A DNA stretch of 64,000 nucleotides from Podarcis pityusensis. Its lineage: Eukaryota. Below, one piece after another: positions 11,231 through 24,022 of this stretch (position 1 is the first letter of the stretch; the number at the start of each line of letters is the position of its first letter). The position numbers and the translations under genes are program-made. The notes beneath the pieces are model-generated. The model was given only the letters and a program-made list of their open reading frames with translations, was not told where the DNA came from and made no database searches. The stretch is taken from NCBI GenBank assembly GCA_964106645.2, contig OZ067043.1, one strand, 5' to 3'.

Positions 11231-13879
11231 CAGTTCTGAAATGTTCTGAAAATTATCGAGTTGTTACATGAAATAAAGGCAGATCTGATGCTAAGGGGGA
11301 TGTAAAAAATAAGTCTACAGTGCTGTGGGATTTGAAAGAGACAGCTGCTCTTAAAGAATGGTTAACACTCCAGTAGCTTGCAATGCTTTTGTACTCCACA
11401 CAAGAATCAAATATAAACAGAAAAGAGCTTGTTTGAGACATTTTAACCACAATTTTATTCTACAGGAAATGACAACTTTCTAAAACATATCTTTTGTAAC
11501 TGAAAACCAGATTAAAGTGATGCATCTAAGGTTTTGGATCACATTAGAAACTCATATGTAACATTTCTGTACATGTAACATTTGCAGGGAGGACCTTTTT
11601 TTAGAAATTGTAATTATTTTTGTTTTTTTAAAAAATCTTTCCATCATATCTGGCTTTGTGCAGATTGTTAGTTACCAGTACTAGTCGGGATTTGGGAAAA
11701 GAACCAACTTGCAATTATATAGTGTTAAAAGAAAAGGCAGCCAAGGAAATATTTCCCATAAACTAAATACAGTTTATATTATCTTTATTACTTGAAATAC
11801 CATGTGCACCATGTGAAATACCATTGCAGTGTTATAGATACAATGCATGTTCATGTATAATTATATTATCACAATGCATGTTATACTGTATATGTACTAA
11901 CGTGCACTGTGATAGTATGGTAATTGTGCTAGATTAAGACACAATTTGCAAGCTAAACCTAGCAAGATAGCTTAACTGGAAGGGGTGGTCTATAAATGAT
12001 GCAAATATTCCCTCTCCTTTGGGCTCTCCCAAGTTTTTCCTTTATGATTCTTTTTAGAAAGCCACTATTGTTTACAATATTTGCAATTTTCGCACGTATG
12101 TTTAAAGTACATGACTCCCCCCCCCCCCCCCGGGCCCAAAGTCCTGTGAACTGTAGTTATTCCTAACAGAGTTACAATTCTCAGCACCTTAACAAACTAC
12201 AGTTCCCAGGATTTTTTTGGGGAAGCCATGTTCTGTAAATGTGTAGTGTGGATGTGACCAAAGAGCACACACAGAATGTTAATAAACACCTGTCTGAGTA
12301 GGCAAAATGTAATTGGCTTTCAGTTTCAAAATCTAAACAGGGATTTCTTGGAAACTCACAATTCTGTCCCATGAGGTCTAGGATGCAGAAGTGACACAAT
12401 CCAGAGCTCACTTAAGCACATTTGAATCCACTGAGTTCAAGGGCTTAGATGCATATAATTAAATGCATGTACTTGTGAACAGTATATAACCAAGGCAAAT
12501 AATTAAGATGCATGAGAATCTGTAACACACAATCAAATTGTGAAACTAATAGCTGGGAACAATAAATAAATTAGAGCTTGTTTAATAAAAGTTAAAAGCC
12601 CATGAAGCAATCTTAAGAGAGACTTTATTTCACTTTATCCCTTGATTTCTCTGTGGATTCTAAAATGTTGTGATTGCCTTTAACACTTAAGTTACTGCCC
12701 TGTATCTAGACATATAAATTATAATCCATAAAACTCTAATTCTCTTTATGTATGTGATAATTCAGGCTCATTAGATTATTTAAATAAAAACAATGGCCTC
12801 CTGATTTGCTGTGGCTTATCTGCCTGCAATACTGGCAAAATTTCTCTTTGACATAGTTTCATGGTTGACATCTGTCCATCTCAGGAGACAGTAGCTGTGG
12901 AGACCAATACGGGAGAGACATGTTTCGTTGCAACTGAGGCAGTTTGAAATACATGAATTCCTCAGTAAGGAAGACATGTCCAGGCAAGTTAAAATGACAC
13001 CTCTGATTTCATCTTTATAAAGCTGAGGCACACTTGCATAGGTTTATTGAAATCTCTTTGGTGTTACATACATACTTAGCGAAGATGAGGGATTCCAAAC
13101 AATGACATTGTAAGGCTGCAATACTATATACTCTTAATTGGGAGGAACCCCAGTAATTTCAATGGGACTTACTCTTAGTCTGTGTACACATTCCTGTTTA
13201 CATCCAGTATGCTTGCACCAGTGGTTTGGAAAAGCAGTGTACACACAATGTTAGCCACAATCCATACCTGTTGTGTTGTTCCTTATGAAATACTGGCTTT
13301 TGATGTGCCCCCCAAGCTTAGATATGAATTGAGGAAAAGAACAACCTAGCTGTGTTTTAATCCAGTAATGTGTACAGAACCTAAGCAAGCATGCTATGAT
13401 TGGGCCACTAGCACATGACTCCAATCCTATGCCCCATTACTACCATACAAGTCCTGCAGAAATCGGCGGAACTCGCTTTTAAGTGTGCATGTATAGAATT
13501 AGATCGTACAGACGCCATGTAATTTCTGGTTGCACTCTGCACCCGGCAGCTACTACTACTACTAACCAGTCTGTTTTGTCATTGTTTACTACTTTGACCA
13601 CCACCACCACCAATAGCACATCAAGTCACCTCAACAGCATCCTGCTTTTACCCATAATGCACCAGATTTTACTAGACTCTTCCCATAGGCTTAAACCGGG
13701 TTAAACCTTAGTTCCATATAGGGAGCAGTACTTTTAAAAAAACCAATGTCGACAAGCAGCAAATCTGATTAGGAGAGGGTTTTAATTTCAAAAGAGGGGA
13801 GAGGTCTTCTGAAACAAGGCGGCAATAGCTTCTTAGTTTTGTTAGCTCAAGATCGCCTAACTTCCTGTTTCTGCATCTC

Positions 13880-15700
13880 CCTCGCACGCACGTAGTTTAT
13901 GAGTACTACTGTTCACCTCAGGCAAAGGGCCAAACTACACCATACGTGAGAGGCTTCACGTATTGGGTTTTTAAAAAAAATAAAAAGCAGAGGTGGGGAG
14001 GTCGCGTCAGGATCGGTCTGTGGCGCGCTAAGAGGGGAGAATTTAACCTTTCCCGCCATGTCTTCGACGAAAAGCTTGTCTCCCCACCCCCAAAACTGCT
14101 ATCCCTAGTTGGGTGAGCAAATGCACGGGACGAAACTAGACGTGATGTCAAATGATCCCTGATCGGACCTTTGCGGGTTTTTTTCGTTTTTTTAAAGACC
14201 AATGGCCGTGAAGGTAGGAGAGTATTGATCGGGTCCTGGCGGGGGAGGCGTCCATTCTCTTCTCACGTATCTTCCACATTTAATACCCTCCTTGCCCCTC
14301 ATAGGGTGGGGGGGGGGAGGAGAGGCAGACTTTAACATGTCATTGGATGCATATGCATTTCTATTTTCATGACACGAAATTCGTCCCGCCGACGTTTTTT
14401 TAAAAAATGTACGCTTTGAAATACGTAAACGTTATCGAAAGGGAGGGGGAAGGAGGGAAATAAAAGCAGTGTGGGGAGTACAAGCTTTCGGCTTTCACTG
14501 GTTAAGCTCCGTTGCCGGCTTGAACCGCAAGGAGCTTCTCGGGGTTGTTTTTTCATTTTGGCGGGTCCACTTTTGAGTTTCTGTCAGCCCGGGGAAGTTG
14601 CATCATGCCCCTTGCTTTGGCTAGCAGCGAGTGAATATGTGTGAATAACAAACTACGGGGCGGGGGGAAGAGGCGTTAGAAACACGGCGCCCCCCCCCCC
14701 TTTCTCAGAGGGACCAGAGGAAACCGTTTATACGGTTGGGAGGCGAGGCAATGTCTCCCCCGCCCCAAGGCCCCTCGCTGAGGTAAGAGGCTGGGAGAGC
14801 GGGCGCTCGAGTCTCGTGACTCCGCCGAGCCGCTCGCGCTCGCCGAAAGGAGGAGGGGCAGCGGCGCGGGCGCGCCCACCTCGTTTGCGCGGTGACGTTG
14901 GCTCCTCTTCCTCCCCCTGGTGGCTCCCCGCTTCCTCCTTCCCACCACTACTGCCCCACAGAGACCGTGACCCGTCGTCGCCTCCTCCTCCTCCTCCTCC
15001 TCTGCTGCTGCTGCCCTTCCGTGCCGTTTCCTCCTCTCTTCGCCGCGGCGGCGATGTGACTCCCCTCTCCTGGCTCGGCCCGCCCCAGCTGCGCGGCGAA
15101 CATGGCGGAGGTGAGCGAGAGCCGCGGGCGGCGGCGAGGGGGATGGAAAGGGAGGGAAGGAGGGCGGCGGGTAGAAACGGGGAGGAAGAGGAGGAGGCCG
15201 GAGGGGAGAGTCTAGTCGGGGCCCGGCCGGGAACTTGTTGCGCGGCCGCTGCCTGCCCGCCTCTGTGCTTTCGCTTCCCACAAGTTAAGTTCCAGGGGCG
15301 GGAAAGGAGGGAGGTCCCGAGACGGGCCTGGCGTGCTGGGTGGGGAACTTGCCGCCTCCCCACCCGGCCCACCGAGGTCCGTGAGGGCGCACCGGCCCTT
15401 CTGGAACTTGGGAGGATGGCTGGGTGCGGGGAGAGTTGGGAGTGAGGACCGGCGGGAGAGGAAATGTTGTTGTCGTCTCTCTTTAGGGTGGGGGAAGAAG
15501 AGGGTCGTTTACTATGATAGGGGTGGGGAGAGAGAAGCAGCTTTTCCTGTTCGGGGCCGTCAGGATTCGCCCCCCCCCTCAATTACGACCTCCCTTGCTT
15601 TCTACAGAAGCGGGGTGAGGGTGGGGGAGAAGGAATGTTCCTGGGGAATTAAGAAAGCTTTGTTTATCTTTAGGAAGACGCATTACGTTTAATTCCGCCC
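13880..15700. promoter_or_regulatory. CpG island / MIER1 promoter (equivalent to the MAEP-type first exon promoter)
   Basis: Dense CpG and high GC, peaking at 14650-15450, with GC boxes. Contains the MIER1 start codon. Confidence 0.9.
15102..15110 (+). CDS. MIER1: MIER1 coding exon 1 (MAE)
   Basis: aacATGGCGGAG|gtgagc: strong Kozak and donor in the CpG island. Gives the known MAEPSVES N-terminus. Confidence 0.92.
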
Positions 15701-18700
15701 CCCCCAACGAAAAAACCCACCTCCAAATCTGTTCTTGGTAGGAGATTTCAGTCGTGTCTCTTCGGAAAGAGAGTTGCTCTTTCCCCCTTTTAAAGGGAGA
15801 GGCAGTATGCACTTTGACTAGCATTGTTCTGGCACATTACGTTGTAAAAAAATTAAATTGGGCTGCAATATGATGTGTTATCATCCACAGCACTCTTGCA
15901 TTCACATTCCTCCTCAGTCTGAGCAGCTCGAAGTGGTTTTTAGCTCAAGCTCCCTCACTAACTGTGTGGCTATGAGATGAGATTTTGCCCAGAACCTCTG
16001 AATGCAATATCCTATGGGCTCCCACAAATAATAATAATAAAAATGTTTGGGGAGTGTGTTTGCTTCAAGCAGTAGTATATGGTGCTGAAATCTGACGACC
16101 TTTTGGTTAATAAAAGTTTGGCAAACTCTTTAAAGCAGGCTTGTAAATAACAGTTCACCTAGGCCTAGCTTAGGGGTTTATCCAGGAAGTGATGCAATTT
16201 ATATTGTGCCCCCACCAAGCACCTAAAAAAGTGAAGCTCCCAGTTGAAGCAGTGGCATAATTCATATGATCTCTTCTCCACCATATCCCCTTTTAGCTTT
16301 CTGATAGGGAAGAATCTTGTAAATTGGAGAGTTATCACTGTTGGCCGTTGTGTGGTTTCCCTGAGACACATGTATCTGTAGATATGCAACGGAGTTAAAA
16401 GGGACACATCTGCTACTCCACCCCATATATTTCATTGCTTCTTAGGCCTTGGTCTCCTTAAGTAAATAGCACTTCTTGGTGACAGGCTTTAGAACATTTT
16501 CCCATTGAATTTATTTGTGGTATTGGGTACTTTGCTGTTAGAGTGGTTTATGAATGATTTTTAAAAACATAACAAAGCAATAAAAGCAATTATAACAATG
16601 AATAAGAATGAAGCAATATCTTAGTAGTTGTGTACAACATGGGCGGGGGGGGGGGTCCTACCTAGCGCCAAAAAGGCCATGCTAAATAAAGCAAGTTTCT
16701 TTCGGAAAAGCATGTCAGACCTGGGGCACCACTTCTGAAAAGGCTACAAACAGGTAGATGTGAGTACATGGACTAATCAAAACTATTGTAAGCTACTAAC
16801 TTTGATGGATTTATTTGTAAGGCTGCTTTTAATTAAGCAACTTTTACTTTATTTAAATATCAAAATCAGGAAGGTCAACTTATAACCTTTTCTAGATCAC
16901 TTGGTCATTTTTTTGTTGTAGAGATGGTGCTTCTTTCCTAGTTTTGATTGTGGGAAGGTGTTACATTTCAATATGTATTCTGCCCTATCAAAATTAACAC
17001 TTTGTATGGAAACCTCCTTTTCCCGTAACTATATCTACACTTTTAGATGTGTTTTCATAGGCTTAATTTCCATTTCATTTTTGTAATGAGGCGTGGGGAG
17101 TTAGTTCTTTCACTTTCTGTTGCCAGTATGTCACAATCCAAGCTTGTATGTTCATTGTAGGCTGTATATTTATGAAGATGAAATGTAGATAAGTTTCATT
17201 AGTCACTTGAAAATATGAGTGCAAGTGCTAAATTCAAGTGGAAAACTTCCAGCACACTTGAGTGTGAGAGCTAAAGTTCCAAAATTGGCCAGGACATATT
17301 TGCATCATTTTGGTATTGGCAGTACACTGTTGCCATATGCATTGGCATTATATTGCTGCTTTAGTAACATGAGGAATTGCCATTTCAGAGTAATATATAA
17401 AGTTATCAAAGTTCATGGTGGCATGTGCTATACTATATTGTCTATACTTTGTGGACAGTTGTGTTCATATCACTATTGAAAATGGGATTTTGAGGATACA
17501 TTGTAATCTGAGGAGAGTTCCTGTAAACTCTGCACATTTTAAGACAAAATCCTTTTGCTTGCATATTTGCCTCCAGTAGCCATTGCTTTAAGACATTTTT
17601 TGGGATTTTTGTTACACCTCGTCCTCTGTGGTAGGAAACAAGCTAATGTAGGAATACAAAATAATGTACAAAGGTTAGTGACTTTGGATAAAAGCACAGT
17701 AATGCACTTTGGAAATCAGCATTTTGTTATATTGCTCTAGTCATGAATAGTGAGTTCTGCAACAAAATGTTGCAGTGTATCATTGCAGCTTAGCAGAAAT
17801 GATAGAGACCATCCTTCAGAAGTTCAGAATATTCAATTTCTCCAGTACTTCCCATTTCTGTTTCTTTTCTAGTCAAGAGTCAGTGTCACAATGCTCAGTT
17901 CTCACAGGAGTACTTCATTGAGGCATTTGCTCCCTTTTAAGTATTTATTCTTAAATTTGTACTTCTGCAGACCTTGGGATTCCCCTCAATGTACCCTTTT
18001 GTCTCTCAGTGACCCCATTTTGTCTTTAATCCTGCTCATTCACCTCCTGAGTTTGTTATTAGAGTGAGTGATTGCACTTGCCGGTGGAAAGCTGTTTCTG
18101 AAACAATTTATATCAGTAGTAAGTCCTGGGTCATACTAGCATACTTACAGGTGTAGTGGACCAACTTGATGTGGCCTGGGCTTTGCCACAGGTGAGAGAA
18201 ATATATCACCATGGTTAAACTGTACCTTTTCCCTCCTCAAACTGTGCATGAATTTCAGTTACATTTTTACTGTATTCTTCCTCATGTTTTTTTGACATTT
18301 GTTAATATATTTTGAGAGGTAATATAAAGATAAAATGTTTGAAGTGCATTTATTTGTTTTTGGTATAGTTAGCATTTGAAAACTTGCACATGGCTTCTGT
18401 TCAGTAGAAGGGAAGTTAAAAGACTGAATTTAGTGGAAAGCTTATTAGTGTGGGAGCAGCTTTGTTTGTGGGACATAACTGATGGCAGTGCTCAGAAATC
18501 CCAAGTAGTCACCATGTAATTATATCCTTAGAAACAACATAATTTAGGATACATGTGCTTGATCTTAACCCCTCCTCCTCCCCCTCCCCCTCCCCCGTCA
18601 TATGGACTATAAATAATTTGCAAATGAAAGGAGTACTTTTTGCCATTGTAAAAGTACTGGCTGCAGAGTTTGGATTTGAGAATTGGCAGTTCCGGACTCA

Positions 18701-20490
18701 AATACCCATTCAGCTGTGAAGCTTCCTGGGTGGTTTTGGTCAAGATGCATTTCCCAAGGCTAACATACTGGCTAAAACACTGCTCAGAGTTCTTTCAAGG
18801 AAGGACAGGATACAAATGTAGCAAGGAAATAAACAAAAATTCCCATGTCAAGAAAGTCTGCACGTAGTTGTAGATCATTATTTCCTTATTCAAGGGATAA
18901 TGCAAAATTTAACCCAAGTATGCATAGTTTTTTGCAAATTGATCTTTTTGGGGGGCAGGAATTAAAAATAATCACAACTTGAGTTAAATTGTAACCAGCA
19001 ACAATATAAATATGCATCTAGGCCAGATGTCACATAATTTACTTTGGGCAGAAATAAATACCTAAAGCATTTAGCTTCTGCAACAAAGCAAATAAAATTT
19101 TGTTAATTTTATACTTTTAAGAGTTCTCTTAGGCAAAATGTCTTTCATGATAAATACTGACTAGGAAATAACTGACCTTACAACTCTCTGCCTTTGGATT
19201 AGCTCCAGACTAAATTAGTTGAAATTAGGTCCTGTTAAAATCAACAGGATTTGTTAAGGAGCGATGCTAACTCCCCACTTGAACCAGTGAAGCTTTACAG
19301 AATGGCGAGGCTACCATTGCATCCACAAACCTGCTGCGCTTGGAGAATCTCACCAATGGCACTTCTGCACACTTACGCGTGTTGATTGGAAGGGGGAGCT
19401 CTGTGCCAATGGCGTGGTATATTTCCACAAACAGTGGTTAACTAGAGGCCAGTGGAGGCTGGCAAGGTCAGGTGCACAGACCCCCTCTGTCCAGTGCAAT
19501 GTAAACCCAAGATCCACTGAGGTGATTAGATTTCTAGCTGAGCTGGATGAGGTTAGGCTCAGTCAGGGCTATGCTGGCTGACATTCCTCTACCAGGCTCA
19601 GGCTGACTGAGCTGGCAGTAGTCCACCTCTTGAACAGAGTTTGGAAAAGGGGTAACCTAGACCTTGTTAACAAGTAAGTTTTTCTGGCTTCCTTTAGTTA
19701 GAATTGTTCTGTAAGTCTTTTCAGCTGACTTCACTAAATTACAAAGAAATTTAACATTGAATGGACAGTGATTTCCATTTTTTAAAATCAGCATCCTTTA
19801 CTTAAAATAATAAATGCACCTGCACGAGAACTTAGGCTTTACTATTGAAAAGGCATTTTTAAGGTTTCAATATGACTTTTGGAACACTACATGATTTTAT
19901 CTTCTTGAGTGTACAGGGACAGTCAGCTTAATATCATGTATAAGTAAAGGTAGAGAATAAATCTTTTCCTAAGGTGGTGGTTCATTACCTTGGACAATCA
20001 TAATATGGAGAATTTGAAAGTCCTGGGGTGAAGGAATTAGATAACTGTGTTGTCCTGCGAAAACTTGAAGTTTGTGGAGTTTTTTGCCTGAGGATGAGGT
20101 AAATTACTATTAATCTTGAGTGCACGCTGACAGGCAATGCAAAGAAGAGGGAACCGGTCACTGCTTGAATTGAGTCTACTTTGCAGCAAAGCAACTTTCT
20201 GTAGATTGTACCTTCAATAGATGTGCAGCCTATTAACTGTATCTGAGCACTGATATTGATATAACTTCTTAATGGAAACTGAGGTGGCGGAACTGTGTCT
20301 GCATTTTTCACCCTTTGGTGCTTTAGTCAGAGTGATATGTAAAATAGACCAACAAGCAAAAGTGCCAGTATTGCACATGGATGAAGCTGCAGACAAAAAC
20401 AGATTGAAGGGTCATTCCATGCCAAATCACCTGATTTTAATGCTTGACCATGCTCTCATGACTCAGATTTTCTTTAAAAAAAATAATGAA

Positions 20491-20567
20491 GGGACACGGG
20501 TGGCGCTGTGGTCTAAACCACTGAGCCTAGGGCTTGTCGATCAGTAGGTCAGCGGTTCGAATCCCTG
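20491..20567 (+). mobile_element. Sauria SINE 5' tRNA-related head only
   Basis: GGGACACGGGTGGCGCTGTGG...GGTTCGAATCCC, similar to 148-215. Confidence 0.85.
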
Positions 20568-21024
20568 TGCAAACCATAACTACGACGTGTATCAGACTTG
20601 TTTTGTAGAATGGGCTAACAATGCACTTGTTATGTTTTAAAAATAAGGAGGGTGTTTTTTGTGGTTATAAAATAATTTGATTTTGAAATAAATTTTTTAC
20701 AAAATTTTTTTGCTTTTTTTGAACAAGTTTAAAGTTTCTTTGAGCCTGAAATATCTCACACATTCATGAGAATAGTTAAAATTGTACCCTCTTATGATAC
20801 AGTGTCATCTGATATATTTTAAAAATTAAGTTTTATTGATTATTTAATAAAAAATACAATTTTAACTATTGTTAATTTATCTAGTAAATTGAAATAATCC
20901 ATTCCCTGCTAAAATACGGATAAAGTACTTGACTAAAATAATCCAGACTGCTGCTTTCTTATCTGCGTAATGTAACTTCAGAGCTGAAAATGCCTCAGTG
21001 TGACCTGCACTTGTAGATGAGGCA

Positions 21025-21165
21025 TAGCAAGGATGAGGAACTTGGTGCCTCCGCATGTTGTTGGACTACAGCTCCATAATCCCAAACCATTAGGCCTTGC
21101 TGTCTGGGGTTCATATAAGTTGGAAGTCCAACAATATCAGGAGGGCCAGATGTTCTCCACTGCTG
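21025..21165. mobile_element. Old palindromic hAT MITE (same type as 35838-35973)
   Basis: GGACTACAGCTCC...GGAAGTCC internal inverted repeats. Related pieces at ~26295-26410 and ~61910-61960. Confidence 0.6.
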
Positions 21166-23997
21166 ATATGTAGAGATCTCTGGTTAGTACAGATGTATAT
21201 AAGACAGGTCTTGGGTAGCTTAGATGTGAGCTGGATGTGTATCTCCAATGCAGGAAAGCCATAACTGGGATCTTCTTTAAAAAAAATCTAAATTAGAATC
21301 ACATACAGCCGCCTTCCAATTGCTGGGGGAAGGGCTCATTGTTTCCCTGTGCCTTCTTCTAATCCAAATCCATCCACCAGCTACTATTTGTATTACCAGG
21401 AAAGCAAGCAACCATAATATGGGAATCTCTGTTTCTCCCATGGGAAAATAGCAGCTTTGGGTGCATTTAAAGAATAAAAACAGCCCCTATGCCACAGTCC
21501 CTATTAAGTTGCCTTCCCCATAACTGTTTATTTTAACATTATAGGAGATAGTGATGAAATATTTTCAGCCTCTTGTCTAACTTTTCACTTTTGAATGAGG
21601 CATTCAGTGCCAAACAGTGATCAAAATTAGCCAGGAACCAGGCACATGTTGCACCTGGCTGTCAGCCACGTGTCACCAAGTGAAGATGCCTGGGTGCCAG
21701 GATGGTGCCTGATATCACCATCTCAAGGTGCATGCCTGGGAATCATTGGATCTTAACAGTTTTCACACACTAATACTACATACTGTAGAATTCTATCAGT
21801 TATATTTTATCTGCATAATTAGAATGAATTTCAGGAACCAAAATGCTTTTTCTGTGCAACCTGAACAGGAGCAGTGAACAACATTATAGTTAATTGTTGT
21901 AGCTTGTTGTACCCCACATCGCTACCTTGCTCAAAGCTATGAAGAATATTCTTACGTTATGAACGGTCTGTCTCACTATTAAGAAAAAGAGGTAGACGTA
22001 GGCCAATATATACATAGACTTTTATATGTGGACTTTTATCAAGTCAACTGGACAATCAAGTGACTTTTCTTAAATTCTCAAAGTTCTTAACCTAGCTCAA
22101 GGTTGTCATCGAAACTAGCTGGATGTTTAACTGATAATCACAGTCAGTCCATTGTTTGAAAAATAAGACTTTAGAGCCATCTTTCCCCCAAATGGCAACT
22201 AGACATTCCGTTTTGGCGACTGTAACCTTGGTTTAAGGAACCATTTGACGCCAAGCAGCCTTGCCCCCCATGCAAGGCTGAGAGCATTTATGCTCTCTGC
22301 CTTAATTATTGGGCTCTGGGACTCTAGGAGGCTCTCTCAAGATCTTGTGGGGCTCTCTGAGATGTCACAAGAGTCTCTCAGAACCCGATAAGCAAGGCGA
22401 AAAGCTCTTCCCACACTGAGAAACAGCTTTAAAGCTCTATGCCTTGCATACATTTCATTTGTGTGATTTCAGCTAGCTGGCCACCGCGCACATAAAGCTG
22501 AGGTTGTGCAAGTTAATGGTGTGAAAGTTGCAAGTTGACTGTATGTTTGTTGTTATTTCTTATGTATATTTTTGGTGGAATTCGGTGCTGTGGGCTTCCG
22601 TTTGTTTCATCTGTACAAGCATTGCAGCTTTCCAGATAAAACAATCCCATGTCTCCTCCCCTTGTGTGCTGTTTTGATCCCCTCCAGAGCCAATTGGGGT
22701 GTGTTGAACGGGGAACCCTGTTGTGCAAACAGAAGTTCTTGTGCAGGTGAATCCTAATATTTTTATTTTTATGTTATATTGTACACCTTAGGCTCCTTTG
22801 GGAACAAGGGTGATCCAGAAAGACAACTAGCAATAAAATAAAATGATCGTTGTGCTGGTAGAGACACAAATGACACTGTTAAGTGTTTGAATTGTTGACT
22901 GTAACATTTGAAAAGCTAATTTTTTAAAAGGAGGGGAGGTCAGTGTTAGAAATTCAGCTATATAAGCTAATCAGCAAATGGCACCTTAAACCTAGGTTAC
23001 AGTTACCACAATGGAATGTCTTCTCCCCCCCCCCCCGATATTGGTGTTGTTTATTTTCATTTCTATGCCACTTTATATTTTAAAGAAAAAAATCTCAAAA
23101 ATGTTTACAACACATTAAAACATCAAATCCAGAATAAAACAAATTCAGGCTTCAAGGAAAATATTTCATATCCTTCTCTGACTGCCATTTTGCTTTCCCC
23201 AGTCACCAACCTGGCATCCACAGATCCCCACGTGGTTGCAATTCGACCTGCATCAGTCGCAAAACATTCCTGACGTCTGGCTAATTTCTTTCACTGGGTT
23301 GGAGATCCATTTAAATACATAGTGTACTGATATTATTTGTCATGTGTCTTGCATGTTGAGCGGCTTACTTTTAAGCAATTTCCAATAATAGCTAGGGATG
23401 GAAAAAGCTGTGTTTCATTGAGCTGAACATTGCTAGTCTGTATGTTGCAGAAATGCTAAAACACAACCTTGTTTTACTGGACTATCATGATGTAACAACA
23501 TGTAGTGAGGCATTCATTACTCACATTATGAAATGTGAACGCCCTCACATGGTTGTGGCTTTTTGCACGTATATGTGTTCTGCTTTATCGAACTTTAAAA
23601 ACTAGAAAGTAGAAATGGCATTTGTTAAAAGTTTTCACGTGAAATGATGATAGATTTTTGTGTTTCATTGCTTATACCAAGTAAGAATGCAGCTTAGAGA
23701 TAACTTTCTGTGATATACATATTTTCAGTTCTTACTGTTTTTATGTTTTAACAAAGGGTAAATGTTATGGTCTTTTGTTACATAGTGTCAGTCTTGTGGT
23801 ATAGTGTGTTTTCTGTCAGATATTTATTTATTCAATACGTAAATACTTCTAGGCTGTTATATATGATTGATCGAAATGTTGCAGTGAAAGTCAGAAATAT
23901 TCTGGTTTATGCTTAATATTTCACAATGTATTGCAAAATATTTGGCAATTGTTCACTGATAACATTTTTCTTTTCTTTCTTTCTTTTTTTTTGATAG

Positions 23998-24022
23998 CCT
24001 TCTGTTGAGTCTGCAAGCCCAG
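23998..24022 (+). CDS. MIER1: MIER1 coding exon 2, 25-nt microexon (PSVESASP G)
   Basis: Long polypyrimidine tract + tag, CAG|gtaaag donor. Matches recalled PSVESSSPG. Confidence 0.93.

Noticed and set aside
14676-15692. Long overlapping ORFs (201, 284, 209, 119 aa) in the CpG island
   Set aside because: Low-complexity G/P/R/A-rich translations, expected from stop-codon depletion in GC-rich DNA. The true coding part is the 9-nt MAE exon.
20000-20105. Possible alternative MIER1 exon ending GAG|GTAAAT (LWSFLPEDE, faintly like mammalian exon 3A)
   Set aside because: In-frame TGA just upstream, no in-frame ATG or clear acceptor, and the similarity is too short.
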